The notes: a model not told the origin generated them from the sequence alone. 64,000 bases of DNA from Candidatus Saccharimonadota bacterium (GCA_016178135.1 JACOTW010000001.1:228-64227), one strand, 5' to 3'; positions 18,122 through 28,008 are shown, counted from the first letter of the stretch. A program made the numbers and translations.

Positions 18122-18921
18122 ACTATAGGGTGGAGCGTAGCCAACCCTATAAACCTGGGCAAAAAACGTCATTTAAAGTGAGCCGATCAAAAATTGAGCT
18201 ATTCACGCAGTGTCAGCGTTGTTTCTGGTTAGATGCTCGGCTTAAGATTAAGCGTCCCAACGGACCGCCATTTCAAATCAATAAAGCCGTTGATGAATTG
18301 TTGAAAAAAGAATTTGACGGTTATCGTTTGAAAGGCAAGGCTCACCCTGTAATGATCGAATTTGGGGTTGCCGCTATTCCATTCGCTCATGCCAGTCTGG
18401 ATGTTTGGCGAACCAATTTTACGGGAGTGGCTACCCTGTATGAACCTGCGAATTTGCAGGTTTTTGGTGCTGTTGATGATATTTGGGTAAATAGCAACGA
18501 CGAACTCATAGTAGTAGACTACAAAGCCACTGCCAAACAAAGCGATGTTACTCTAGATGCCGATTGGCAGATGAGCTATAAGCGGCAGATGGAAGTTTAC
18601 CAGTGGCTATTACGTCAAAATGGCTTTAAGGTGAGCGATACTGGCTACTTTGTTTACGCTAATGGTCGGCTGGATGTTGATGGGTTTTATAACAAAATAG
18701 AGTTTAGAACAAAAATCATTCCATACACCGGAAATGATGCCTGGATAGAGCCAACCCTGGGGAATATGAAAGATTGTCTAGAGGCTGATATGCCACAAGT
18801 CGGTAAGGCTGCCATGGGTGGCGATTGCGATTTTTGTACCTACGCCAGAGCCCGCTCGGAGCTGACAATAGCGGCACTTAACTGGACTTACGCAAAGCTC
18901 CCCCATCCCCAGACCGACTAA
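18118..18921 (+). CDS. PD-(D/E)XK nuclease, Cas4/RecB-like with a 4-Cys cluster; C-terminus and stop derived from PE-A
   Basis: CQRCFW near the N-terminus, DYKATAKQ core, EVYQW, and C-terminal CDFCTY. The last 13 codons (NWTYAKLPHPQTD*) lie inside the PE-A copy starting at 18882. Confidence 0.65.
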   Translation: MNYRVERSQPYKPGQKTSFKVSRSKIELFTQCQRCFWLDARLKIKRPNGPPFQINKAVDELLKKEFDGYRLKGKAHPVMIEFGVAAIPFAHASLDVWRTNFTGVATLYEPANLQVFGAVDDIWVNSNDELIVVDYKATAKQSDVTLDADWQMSYKRQMEVYQWLLRQNGFKVSDTGYFVYANGRLDVDGFYNKIEFRTKIIPYTGNDAWIEPTLGNMKDCLEADMPQVGKAAMGGDCDFCTYARARSELTIAALNWTYAKLPHPQTD

Positions 18922-19040
18922 TCTCGGCTGCAAACAGTTTTTTCTCTCTCGATGTACCTCCCTGGTACCTCTCCTTCAGACAAAACTGTTTTCGCTCGAG
19001 CTGATTCGTCCTGGGAACGAGGGATTTTGCGTAAGTCCAG
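18882..19040 (+). mobile_element. PE-A element (alpha subtype), full copy
   Basis: TIRs CTGGACTTACGCAAA/TTTGCGTAAGTCCAG with flanks TTAA/TTTT. Confidence 0.85.
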
Positions 19041-19067
19041 TTTTAAGCAAGCCAAAAAGCCATCTTG

Positions 19068-19146
19068 ACACGAGTTTCGCACTTTTCCGTTGCCCCTTGC
19101 AGTTGTGATTTGGCATCAACGGCTAAGTGCAACACAAAAATCGTGT
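19068..19146 (+). mobile_element. PE-B short variant
   Basis: ACACGAGTTTCGCACTTTTCC...GGCTAAGTGCAACACAAAAATCGTGT. Confidence 0.65.
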
Positions 19147-19192
19147 TATCCGTTGTCTACGAAAAAGTTCGAAATTCCTATATACTGTTCTT

Positions 19193-20491
19193 ATGCTAGA
19201 TATTCAGTTTATCCGTGAAAATAGAGAAATTGTTAGAGTAAAGGCAAAACAAAAAGGTTATGATATAGATATCGATCAGCTTTTGGGGTTTGATAGTAAG
19301 CGCCGTGAACTACTCACTGCGGCTGAAGAATTACGCAGAAAACGCAACGAGATTAACGAATCCACAAAAGGTCAGCGACCAAATGACGAACAAATATCCA
19401 AAGGTCGCGAATTAAAAGAGCAATTGGCTAATCTTGAGCACCAACTTAGTTCGGTAGATCAAGAATTCCAAATTCTGTTAAAACAAGTTCCTAATATGCC
19501 CGCAGAAGATGTGCCAATAGGGGATAGCGAAGAACAAAATGTTATAGCCAAAACAGTTGGCGAAGCACATAAATATGACTATGAAGTTAAGCCGCACTGG
19601 GAAATATTAAAAAATCTGGACATGATGGACAAAGAGCGCGCTGCCAAAATATCTGGTAGCCGCTTTGTTTATTTAAAAGGAGATATTGTACGTTTACAGT
19701 TTGCACTCATTCAATATGTTATGGATAAGCTCGGAGATCAAAAAGTTATACAAAAATTAATCGATGATAACGGTCTCAAAATAAGTTCTAAACCATTTTC
19801 GCCAGTAATACCACCAGCAATGTTACGTACTGAACCTTACGTAGCATCCGCCCGCTTAGATGCTGAAGCAGTAACATACAAATTAGAAAATGATGATTTA
19901 TGGCTTAATGCCAGTGCTGAACACACTTTATGTACCATGTATTGGAATGAAACTTTACAAGAAGATCAGTTACCAATCCGTTATCTTGGGTATAGTCCAA
20001 GTTTTAGACGTGAAGCCGGTACATACGGTAAAGACACAGAAGGTATCATCCGCTTACATCAGTTTGATAAACTTGAGATGGAAGTGTTTAGTACGACCGA
20101 AACAGGGTTGGACGAACACAAACTTCTTATTGCCATTCAAGAATATCTAGTTCAACAATTGAAGATTCAATATCAGTATATACAAAAATGTACTTTTGAT
20201 ATTGGTAAGCCGAATGCTCGTGGCGTGGATATAAACTGTTGGTTTCCAGGTCAAAAACGTTATATTGAAACACACACCGCCGATTATATGACTGATTATC
20301 AGGCTCGCGACCTTAATACTAGAGTTAAGAAAAAGGACGGTAGTATAGAATTTGTCCACACCAATGATGCCACGGCGTTTGCTTTGGGTAGAATCCTAGC
20401 TACGATTGTTGAAAATTATCAGGACAAAGATGGTTCTATCTGGATTCCGGAGATTTTAAAAAGCTACATGGGAGGAAAAGAAAAGTTATGA
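19193..20491 (+). CDS. serS: Seryl-tRNA synthetase
   Basis: N-terminal coiled coil MLDIQFIRENRE and class II core. CCTATATACT lies 6 nt upstream of the ATG at 19193; the upstream ORF extension is likely spurious. Confidence 0.93.
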   Translation: MLDIQFIRENREIVRVKAKQKGYDIDIDQLLGFDSKRRELLTAAEELRRKRNEINESTKGQRPNDEQISKGRELKEQLANLEHQLSSVDQEFQILLKQVPNMPAEDVPIGDSEEQNVIAKTVGEAHKYDYEVKPHWEILKNLDMMDKERAAKISGSRFVYLKGDIVRLQFALIQYVMDKLGDQKVIQKLIDDNGLKISSKPFSPVIPPAMLRTEPYVASARLDAEAVTYKLENDDLWLNASAEHTLCTMYWNETLQEDQLPIRYLGYSPSFRREAGTYGKDTEGIIRLHQFDKLEMEVFSTTETGLDEHKLLIAIQEYLVQQLKIQYQYIQKCTFDIGKPNARGVDINCWFPGQKRYIETHTADYMTDYQARDLNTRVKKKDGSIEFVHTNDATAFALGRILATIVENYQDKDGSIWIPEILKSYMGGKEKL

Positions 20492-20859
20492 TAGAAAAAT
20501 TAGAAATCAACGGTGTGCACACAACGGTAGACCAAAAACTTCAAGATTATGTCGCAAAAAAGATCGGTAAACTAGATCGATATATTCCAAAACATGCTCG
20601 TGAATCCGCACACGTCGAGATTTTTCTAAAAGAAACTACCACCAAAACCAAAAATAAATGCGTCTGTGAGGTTGTCATGTATTTGCCTCACGAGGCTATT
20701 ACTACCAAAGAATCTACAGTCAATATGTTCGCGGCCGTAGATATAGTAGAGGCCAAGTTAAAAAACCGACTCAAAAAATATAAAGAAACTCACAGTAGCC
20801 TAAAGCTACACCGCCGAATACTTGCCAGAATGCGTCGTAAGCAAAAAAGCAGTTTATAA
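20488..20859 (+). CDS. hpf: Ribosome hibernation promoting factor / RaiA family
   Basis: LQDYVAKKIGKLDRY...NMFAAVDIVEAKLKNRLKKYKE pattern. Its start overlaps the serS stop (ATGA). Confidence 0.85.
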   Translation: MIEKLEINGVHTTVDQKLQDYVAKKIGKLDRYIPKHARESAHVEIFLKETTTKTKNKCVCEVVMYLPHEAITTKESTVNMFAAVDIVEAKLKNRLKKYKETHSSLKLHRRILARMRRKQKSSL

Positions 20860-20878
20860 ACCACCTTTCTTTTATTAA

Positions 20879-21038
20879 CTGGACCTGTCGCAAAGCTCCC
20901 TCATCCCCAGACCGACTAACCTCGGTTACAAACAGTTTTTCCTCTCTCGATGTACCTCCTGGGTACCCCTCCTTCAGACAAAACTGTTTTCGTTCGAGCT
21001 GATTCGCCCTGGGAACGAAGGATTTTGCGTAAGTCCAG
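20879..21038 (+). mobile_element. PE-A element (alpha subtype), full copy
   Basis: TIRs CTGGACCTGTCGCAAA/TTTGCGTAAGTCCAG with a perfect 4-bp TSD (TTAA/TTAA). Confidence 0.9.
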
Positions 21039-21100
21039 TTAAAGCATATCCGTAGATATACTGCAGACAAAAATGGTCATTTTGTTTTGGGATGACCATA
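21039..21100 (-). repeat. PE-C left half, reverse orientation, abutting PE-A
   Basis: AAAGCATATCCGTAGATATACTGCAGACAAAAATGGTCATTTTGTTTTGGGATGACCA. The break is at the GCTTTA site, which also hosts PE-D at 37591. Confidence 0.7.
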
Positions 21101-21170
21101 TATATGAGGTACAATAGTCTCACACATAAAGACTGCGAAAACCAACTATTACAGGGAGTTAGGACTTAAA

Positions 21171-23774
21171 GTGAAAAAGATTTTCAAACGTGTTCTTGGA
21201 GATCCGCAGGCAAAAACCGTGAAGCGTTTGAGCCGACGTGTGCGTGAAATCAATGAACTATCAAACAAGTACAAGAAACTTACAGAAAAACAGTTAAAAG
21301 ATCAAACCGAAAAACTCAAAGAACGGTTAGGTAAAGAATCCCTAGATAAATTATTGCCGGACGCTTTTGCGGTCGTTCGTGAGGCTGCAACCCGTACTCT
21401 TGGTCAAAGGCATTTTGATGTTCAATTGATAGGCGGTATGGTGCTACATGAGGGTAATGTTGCCGAAATGAAAACTGGTGAGGGCAAGACACTGGTGGCA
21501 ACCGCGCCGGTTTATTTGAATGCCTTGACTGGTAAAGGAGTTCATGTGGTTACGGTCAACGATTATCTTGCTCAACGCGATGCTGGCTGGATGGGTCAGG
21601 TATATCACTTTTTGGGCATGAGTACTGGAGTTATAATTGCTGACCAGTCTTTTATATATGATCCTGAATTTACCAACAAGAATCATACTGACGAACGTAT
21701 GCGTCGCCTAAAACCTTGCACACGTCAAGAAGCCTACGCGGCCGATATTACTTATGGAACGAACAATGAATTTGGTTTTGATTACTTACGCGACAATATG
21801 GTTAGAGAGGTGGATCAACTGCGTCAGCGTAAACTGCATTTTGCTATTGTTGACGAAGTTGACTCAATTTTGATTGATGAAGCCAGGACACCGCTTATTA
21901 TTTCAGCACCGTCCGTTACGAGCGGTAGTGCTTACGCTCAATTTTCCAAAGTTGTTCGTCCTTTAGAGCGGGATAAGGATTATGAAGTAGACGAGAAGCG
22001 TAAATCAGTAATTCTGACAGATGCCGGTGTGGAACGCGTTGAAAAGATATTGGGTATAACGAGCCTATATGGCACCGAAAACATCCGAACCATTTATCAC
22101 CTAGAGCAAGCTCTTCGGGCACAGACTTTGTTCAAGCGTGATAAAGATTATGTTGTGACTGACAGCGGAGAGGTTGTTATAGTTGATGAATTTACTGGTC
22201 GTCTTCTCAAGGGTCGTCGCTATAACGAAGGCCTACATCAAGCTATAGAAGCCAAAGAAAGTGTTGAAGTTCAAGAAGAATCCACGACTCTGGCTACGAT
22301 TTCTTTCCAGAACTACTTTCGTTTGTATGAAAAATTATCCGGTATGACCGGTACGGCGGCGACTGAAAGCGAAGAATTTCACCAGATCTACAAACTCGAC
22401 GTAGTAGAAATACCGTCTAATAAACAAATTGTACGCGAAGACCGAATGGATCGTATATATAAGACGGAATCGGCAAAATTTCGAGCAATTGTTCAAGAAG
22501 TAAAATTATTGCACCAAAAAGGTCAGCCGGTACTTATTGGTAGTGCTTCAGTTGAAAAAAACGAATCCCTAAGCTTGGCGCTTGCTAAGGCGAAAGTTCC
22601 GCACGAAACACTTAATGCCAAAAATAATGAAAGAGAAGCGGCTATCGTAGCAAAGGCCGGTCAAAAAAGTGCGGTTACTTTGGCTACAAATATCGCTGGG
22701 CGTGGTACGGATATTGTACTTGGTGAGGACATTAAAGAACTTGGCGGATTATTTGTGCTTGGTTCGGAGCGACATGAATCTAGACGAATTGATAATCAGC
22801 TACGTGGACGTGCTGGTCGTCAGGGTGATCCTGGCGTAACGCAGTTTTTTGTTAGTACGGAAGATGATTTGATGCGTATTTTTGGTGGCGAGCGTATTGC
22901 TTCAATCATGGACCGCTTAGGTGTTGATGAAGATACTCCAATTGAAAACAGAGTTATCAGCAAAAGCTTAGAAGGTGCGCAAAAAAAGGTTGAAGGCTAC
23001 AACTTTGATGCTCGCAAGGACGTTGTGCAGTATGACGATGTTATGAATCGTCACCGCCGCGCCATATATACGATGCGTCGAGAAATACTGGAAGATATTG
23101 ATATCAAAAAGCGCATAAATGTATTCATAGAAGAAGAATCTAAGCAGCTTGAAGCGTCGCCACTAGCTACTAGCGATCAGTACCAAGACTTAATTACAGA
23201 AGTTGTGCCACTTGATGACGCAACGCTTGACCGTTTGTTTGATACTGAAGCCAGCAAATTCGGCAGTGTGTTATTGACCGAGATGATGGAGCTATATGAA
23301 GCGCGTGAAGTTGCTTTCACGCCAGAAATTATGCGCAAAGTCGAGCGTGATATTTATCTACAGATTTTGGATAATTTATGGATGCAGCACCTAGAGAATA
23401 TGCAGCATCTTCGCGAGGGTATTCACTGGATATCAGTTGGACAGCGCGATCCGCTTGTGGAATATCGCCGTCAGTCACAAATTTTGTTTGACGAGATGCA
23501 GGGGACATTGAGGCATGATGTCGTCAGGGCGTTATTCCATGCCGAGACGGTCAAAGCTGATGAGTTGGAGAGGCCAGTAGAAACAGAATTAACCAGAGCT
23601 GCTCGGCAGTCTGTCAGTAATGCTGACAAGATTATTAAAACAGAAGAATTTGAGGAATCTGATTTTGCCCCTCAAAAAGAAGCGTTACAGATTAAAAAAC
23701 AAGAAAATACCAAGCGTAAAAAGGCCCGCAAAGCTGAACGCAAGCGTCGTTCCGGCGGCAAGAAACGAAAATAG
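21171..23774 (+). CDS. secA: Preprotein translocase ATPase SecA
   Basis: 867 aa, GTG start, GEGKT Walker A motif and a lysine-rich C-terminal tail. Confidence 0.97.
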   Translation: MKKIFKRVLGDPQAKTVKRLSRRVREINELSNKYKKLTEKQLKDQTEKLKERLGKESLDKLLPDAFAVVREAATRTLGQRHFDVQLIGGMVLHEGNVAEMKTGEGKTLVATAPVYLNALTGKGVHVVTVNDYLAQRDAGWMGQVYHFLGMSTGVIIADQSFIYDPEFTNKNHTDERMRRLKPCTRQEAYAADITYGTNNEFGFDYLRDNMVREVDQLRQRKLHFAIVDEVDSILIDEARTPLIISAPSVTSGSAYAQFSKVVRPLERDKDYEVDEKRKSVILTDAGVERVEKILGITSLYGTENIRTIYHLEQALRAQTLFKRDKDYVVTDSGEVVIVDEFTGRLLKGRRYNEGLHQAIEAKESVEVQEESTTLATISFQNYFRLYEKLSGMTGTAATESEEFHQIYKLDVVEIPSNKQIVREDRMDRIYKTESAKFRAIVQEVKLLHQKGQPVLIGSASVEKNESLSLALAKAKVPHETLNAKNNEREAAIVAKAGQKSAVTLATNIAGRGTDIVLGEDIKELGGLFVLGSERHESRRIDNQLRGRAGRQGDPGVTQFFVSTEDDLMRIFGGERIASIMDRLGVDEDTPIENRVISKSLEGAQKKVEGYNFDARKDVVQYDDVMNRHRRAIYTMRREILEDIDIKKRINVFIEEESKQLEASPLATSDQYQDLITEVVPLDDATLDRLFDTEASKFGSVLLTEMMELYEAREVAFTPEIMRKVERDIYLQILDNLWMQHLENMQHLREGIHWISVGQRDPLVEYRRQSQILFDEMQGTLRHDVVRALFHAETVKADELERPVETELTRAARQSVSNADKIIKTEEFEESDFAPQKEALQIKKQENTKRKKARKAERKRRSGGKKRK

Positions 23775-23775
23775 C

Positions 23776-25062
23776 ATGAAACATAAGGTTAACGAAATAT
23801 CACTGGCAAATGGTGCTCGGGGACTTTTGATTGACGTGCCAGACGCTACTGTTATGACTTTTGAGCTGAATTTTAGGGCGGGTGAATACTTGGTAGAGCG
23901 GGAAAAATGGGAGACACCTCATCTCATGGAACATGTATTATTGGGTGCCAACGAGCTCATACCAAAAGCTAGTGCTTTCTACGCTGAATTTGAAAAAAAC
24001 GGTGCTTATAGCAATGCCAGCACGGGAACTTACGATATCAACTACGAGTCAGAATGTGCTGATTTTGAGTGGGATCGTATATTAAGCCTATTATTGGTAG
24101 CTATAGCCAAGCCAAAATTTCTCAAAGAAGAATTTACTGCTGAATTTAGTAATGTTCGAGAAGAGTTAACAGCACGTTCTAATAATCACTTCAGACATTT
24201 AAGTTTAAGCCTACGCGAGGCCTATGGATTCAAGGTCATGACCGATCAAGAACGCATAAAACTCATGACTAACGTCTATTTAGAAGATATTCGTACTCAC
24301 TATAAAAATACTCATACTACTAGCAACTTGCGTTTTGTCATTGCCGGAAAGTTGCCACTACAGCGTCGCAAACACATTGCGCAGGCTTTATCGGCAATGG
24401 AACTACCGAAAGGCGACGGCCGCTTGGAGTTGCCCGAAGAAACACCCAGCAAAATTACGCACCCGCTATATATTCATAATGCAACAGTTGATAATCTATA
24501 TTTTTACATAGATACATTCATGAATCGTCGAATGCGCGATCCGGAAATTGATGCCTTGGGACTCATCAACAGCATGTTAACCGAAACTTTATATTCAAGA
24601 ATTCTTGGTACAGCCCGTGAGCGTGGCCTAGTATATAGTATGAATTCTGGACTTGGACAAACCAAAAACGTTAGCAATTGGTGGTTTGGTACGCAAGTTT
24701 TGCCGGCTAATGCACCGGCTCTTTTTGATATTATCAACAAAGAACTTAAGTCAGTATTTGCTGGTAAGCTCAATGAGGAAGATATTACGGCCGCCAAACA
24801 ATACGCACTAGGACGCTATCAGCGTAGCGGTCAGACCGTGGGCGGCATGGCCTCGGGTTACACTTATCGTTATTTTTTTGACGAACACATTGATGATTAC
24901 TACAAGGTACCAGAACGCATTCGGGCTATTTCTCGTAACCGTATCATTGAAATTAGTAAAGAGTTATTTAGTGAAAATATATGGGGTTTGGGCTGTTTGG
25001 GCAATGCTGGCGAGGATGTAGTAAACCAGCTATATGACCGCATTAAACCTCTCTGGAAATGA
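23776..25062 (+). CDS. M16 (pitrilysin/insulinase) family zinc peptidase
   Basis: Inverted zinc motif HLMEH within WETPHLMEHVLLG. Start taken at MKHKVNEISL. Confidence 0.8.
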   Translation: MKHKVNEISLANGARGLLIDVPDATVMTFELNFRAGEYLVEREKWETPHLMEHVLLGANELIPKASAFYAEFEKNGAYSNASTGTYDINYESECADFEWDRILSLLLVAIAKPKFLKEEFTAEFSNVREELTARSNNHFRHLSLSLREAYGFKVMTDQERIKLMTNVYLEDIRTHYKNTHTTSNLRFVIAGKLPLQRRKHIAQALSAMELPKGDGRLELPEETPSKITHPLYIHNATVDNLYFYIDTFMNRRMRDPEIDALGLINSMLTETLYSRILGTARERGLVYSMNSGLGQTKNVSNWWFGTQVLPANAPALFDIINKELKSVFAGKLNEEDITAAKQYALGRYQRSGQTVGGMASGYTYRYFFDEHIDDYYKVPERIRAISRNRIIEISKELFSENIWGLGCLGNAGEDVVNQLYDRIKPLWK

Positions 25063-25072
25063 GCTATTGTCA

Positions 25073-25087
25073 AAAGTCCTATATAAT
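25073..25087 (+). promoter_or_regulatory. AAAGTCCTATATAAT promoter-like motif 8 nt upstream of the prfB ATG
   Basis: The same motif recurs at 2263-2283, 4574-4588, 26183-26196 and 36414-36436, and forms the PE-D right terminus at 37733-37750. Confidence 0.55.
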
Positions 25088-25095
25088 AAGTTTGT

Positions 25096-26184
25096 ATGCA
25101 GGAATTACTAAAAAAAGTAAGTGCTATTAGTGCCGATGTAGCAGACGCTTTTGAGAAATTAGCAATAAATTCGCTCAAAGATGAGCTCTTACATCTAAAG
25201 ACAGCCTCCCAGGAGGCTAATTTTTGGTCAGATAATATGCGTGCCCAGCAGACCATGAAACGTATTGCTGATTTAGGGGCTAGAGTGGATCCATGGATCA
25301 ATCTTGAAAAAAGTTTGCATGATATAAAGGAACTACTGGATACAGAAGATAGCAGCCTGTCTAGTGAGCTAACTGCGCAATTAAATTACTCGGAAAAAAC
25401 TTTTAATGAATTAAAAGCACAACTCAAATTTACCGGTAGGTATGATGATTTCGATGCCATTATGAGTATACATGCTGGTGCTGGTGGTACTGATGCCCAA
25501 GATTGGGCGCAAATGTTGATGCGTATGTACATCCGTTGGGCCGAGCGTTGCCATATGAGCGTAACGGTCATTGAGGAATCTGCAGGAGAGGAAGCGGGTA
25601 TAAAAAGCGTTACTCTGGAAGTTGACGGTAATTTTGCCTACGGCAAGCTCAAAGGCGAACACGGTGTACATCGTTTAGTACGGCTAAGTCCGTTCAATTC
25701 CGACAATCTAAGGCAGACTAGCTTTGCCAAGGTAGAAGTCTCGCCCAAGATAGATAAGCCAGATTTAATAGCTATTGATGATAAAGATCTTAAGATTGAT
25801 GTTTATCGCAGTGGCGGTCATGGTGGTCAATCAGTTAATACTACGGACTCCGCAGTTCGAATCACTCACTTGCCAACGGGGATAGTCGTAGCTATCCAAA
25901 ATGAACGTAGTCAATTGCAAAACAAAGAAACAGCTATGACAATTTTGCGTTCTCGTCTAGCTCAAATGCGGCAAGAACAGCACCTGGAAAATATTGCCGA
26001 ACTGAAGGGGCCAAATGAGCAAGCTGCTTGGGGAAATCAGATCCGTAGCTACGTCCTACACCCCTACAAACAGGTCAAAGATATTCGTACTCGCCATGAA
26101 ACAAGTGATGCGGACGGAGTTCTGGACGGCAATTTAGACCCTTTTATCGACGCTTATATCAAATACAGTTTTGGTCAGGAATAA
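25096..26184 (+). CDS. prfB: Peptide chain release factor 2, uninterrupted frame
   Basis: SPF tripeptide (LSPFNS) and GGQ (SGGHGGQSVN). A single 362-aa ORF with no +1 frameshift site. Confidence 0.95.
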   Translation: MQELLKKVSAISADVADAFEKLAINSLKDELLHLKTASQEANFWSDNMRAQQTMKRIADLGARVDPWINLEKSLHDIKELLDTEDSSLSSELTAQLNYSEKTFNELKAQLKFTGRYDDFDAIMSIHAGAGGTDAQDWAQMLMRMYIRWAERCHMSVTVIEESAGEEAGIKSVTLEVDGNFAYGKLKGEHGVHRLVRLSPFNSDNLRQTSFAKVEVSPKIDKPDLIAIDDKDLKIDVYRSGGHGGQSVNTTDSAVRITHLPTGIVVAIQNERSQLQNKETAMTILRSRLAQMRQEQHLENIAELKGPNEQAAWGNQIRSYVLHPYKQVKDIRTRHETSDADGVLDGNLDPFIDAYIKYSFGQE

Positions 26185-26195
26185 AGTCCTATATA

Positions 26196-26345
26196 ACACA
26201 AATTTCGCACTTTTCCATCGCCCCAGATGACACCTGACAGGCTACAGCGGCTCACTCCTCACTTAATGGCCCAAGACTCCCTCGGATTGAACAACTGTAA
26301 TCAGCCAGCTGCCACCTGGCATCCGGCTAAGTGCGAAACTCGTGT
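26196..26345 (+). mobile_element. PE-B element, full copy, with its right tip forming the ftsE -10 box
   Basis: TIRs ACACAAATTTCGCACTT/AAGTGCGAAACTCGTGT with a 3-bp TSD (ATA/ATA). The junction creates CGTGTATAAT 8 nt upstream of the ftsE ATG. Confidence 0.85.
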
Positions 26346-26358
26346 ATAATAGGAACGA

Positions 26359-27042
26359 ATGATTTTGCTAGACAGGGTAACCAAAGTTTATAATCGTACC
26401 AATACAGCATTGGACCGCGTGTCTATACATGTAGAAGCAAAAGAGTTTGTGATTATTATTGGTACATCCGGAGCCGGAAAATCTACTCTACTAAAGCTTT
26501 TAACCAAAGAAGAACGCCCAACCGGTGGCAAAATCGTGGTCGGCGGTCTTGACTATGACAAATTACAAGACAAAGATATCCCTTTAGTGCGCCGCAAAAT
26601 CGGCGTGGTTTTTCAGGACTTCAAGCTCCTACCCAATAGAAATGTCTTTGAAAACGTTGCTTTTGCTCTTGAGATTGTTGGTTATGGCAATGGCGAGATC
26701 AAGCATACCGTGCCGCGCGTTTTAGATATAGTAGGATTGAAGGGTAAAGAAAAAAGTATGCCACTTGAATTGTCTGGCGGTGAACGCCAACGAGTAGCTA
26801 TTGCTCGCGCCATTGTTCGTCAGCCAAAAATTCTGATTGCCGATGAGCCGACCGGCAATCTTGACCCTAAACATGCGTGGGATGTTATCAAGGTTCTGGA
26901 GAAAGTTAATCGCTACGGTACTACGGTATTATTAACCACGCACAACAAAGACATTGTTAATAAATTAAAACGTCGAGTAATAACCCTTAAAGATGGTAGG
27001 GTAGTTAGTGATCGTGCTAACGCGGAGTATAAACAGGTCTAG
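26359..27042 (+). CDS. ftsE: Cell division ATP-binding protein FtsE
   Basis: Walker A GTSGAGKST, ABC signature LSGGERQR and Walker B ILIADEP. Confidence 0.95.
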   Translation: MILLDRVTKVYNRTNTALDRVSIHVEAKEFVIIIGTSGAGKSTLLKLLTKEERPTGGKIVVGGLDYDKLQDKDIPLVRRKIGVVFQDFKLLPNRNVFENVAFALEIVGYGNGEIKHTVPRVLDIVGLKGKEKSMPLELSGGERQRVAIARAIVRQPKILIADEPTGNLDPKHAWDVIKVLEKVNRYGTTVLLTTHNKDIVNKLKRRVITLKDGRVVSDRANAEYKQV

Positions 27043-27043
27043 T

Positions 27044-27988
27044 ATGAACCATAAAATCATTACTTTTTGGCGGATTATTAAAGCTGGAACACAAAATTTT
27101 ATACGTAATGCCACGCTTGCCATTGCCGCCATGGCTGTCATGGTGGTTACGCTATCTATAATTCTGTTTTCGGTTATCGCTAATGCCACGCTTACCGATA
27201 CTATCCAAAAAATCACTGACAAGATAGATATTTCTATTTATTTGAAAGATGACGTAACCGAACAACGCCGTAATCAACTGGTTAGCGATCTAAATAAAAT
27301 AGACAATGTAAAATCCATAGACTTTGTTACAAAAGATCAGGCTCTTAGGGATTTTCAAGCTGCCAATAAGGATGATCCGGAGCTTCTGGGAGCAGTTTTG
27401 CAGACCGATAATTATCTGCCGGCCTCTTTACGTATTAAGCCCAAGAATGTCGATAAATTAGAAGAAATTAAAACTTATATAGAAAAACCAGAGATAAAAT
27501 CCCTGCAATCAGCCAAAACTTCTTATTCGGGCGATCAGAAAGAAGCCATTGATAATATATCCAAAGCTACGCAATTTTTACGCGAGGGAGGCATTGCTGG
27601 AGTTATTGTTTTTGCTATAGTTTCGATGTTAATAATTTTTAATACGATCAGGATGGCTATTTTCAACCGGCGCGACGAACTGAATATTATGCGTCTGCTA
27701 GGTGCTAGTTCTGGTTATATTCGCGGTCCATTTATAGTAGAGACGGTCATTTACGGGATTATTTCAGCTGTACTTTCAGTAACTCTGTGCAATACTTTGT
27801 TTGTTGTGTCTTCGTCAGCTTTTCAGGCCAACAGCTTTGGCTTTCTTGATATTCAATATGCTAGCGATTATTTTATAAAACACTTTTGGTTAATTTTGAC
27901 GTCGCAAGTTGCTGTTGGTATACTTATTGGTGCCGTATCGTCCATCATTGCCACGCGGCGTTATCTAAAATTCAAATCAAGCAAGTAG
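27044..27988 (+). CDS. ftsX: Cell division permease FtsX
   Basis: 4-TM FtsX topology with a large first extracellular loop. Lies directly downstream of ftsE. Confidence 0.9.
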   Translation: MNHKIITFWRIIKAGTQNFIRNATLAIAAMAVMVVTLSIILFSVIANATLTDTIQKITDKIDISIYLKDDVTEQRRNQLVSDLNKIDNVKSIDFVTKDQALRDFQAANKDDPELLGAVLQTDNYLPASLRIKPKNVDKLEEIKTYIEKPEIKSLQSAKTSYSGDQKEAIDNISKATQFLREGGIAGVIVFAIVSMLIIFNTIRMAIFNRRDELNIMRLLGASSGYIRGPFIVETVIYGIISAVLSVTLCNTLFVVSSSAFQANSFGFLDIQYASDYFIKHFWLILTSQVAVGILIGAVSSIIATRRYLKFKSSK

Positions 27989-28008
27989 AAATTCATTATT
28001 TTGATGCA

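Noticed and set aside
25096-26184. I looked for the programmed +1 frameshift site (CUU UGA C) typical of prfB.
   Set aside because: The RF2 ORF is continuous from ATG to stop, with no in-frame early TGA. Absence of the frameshift is known in some lineages and is not remarkable on its own.
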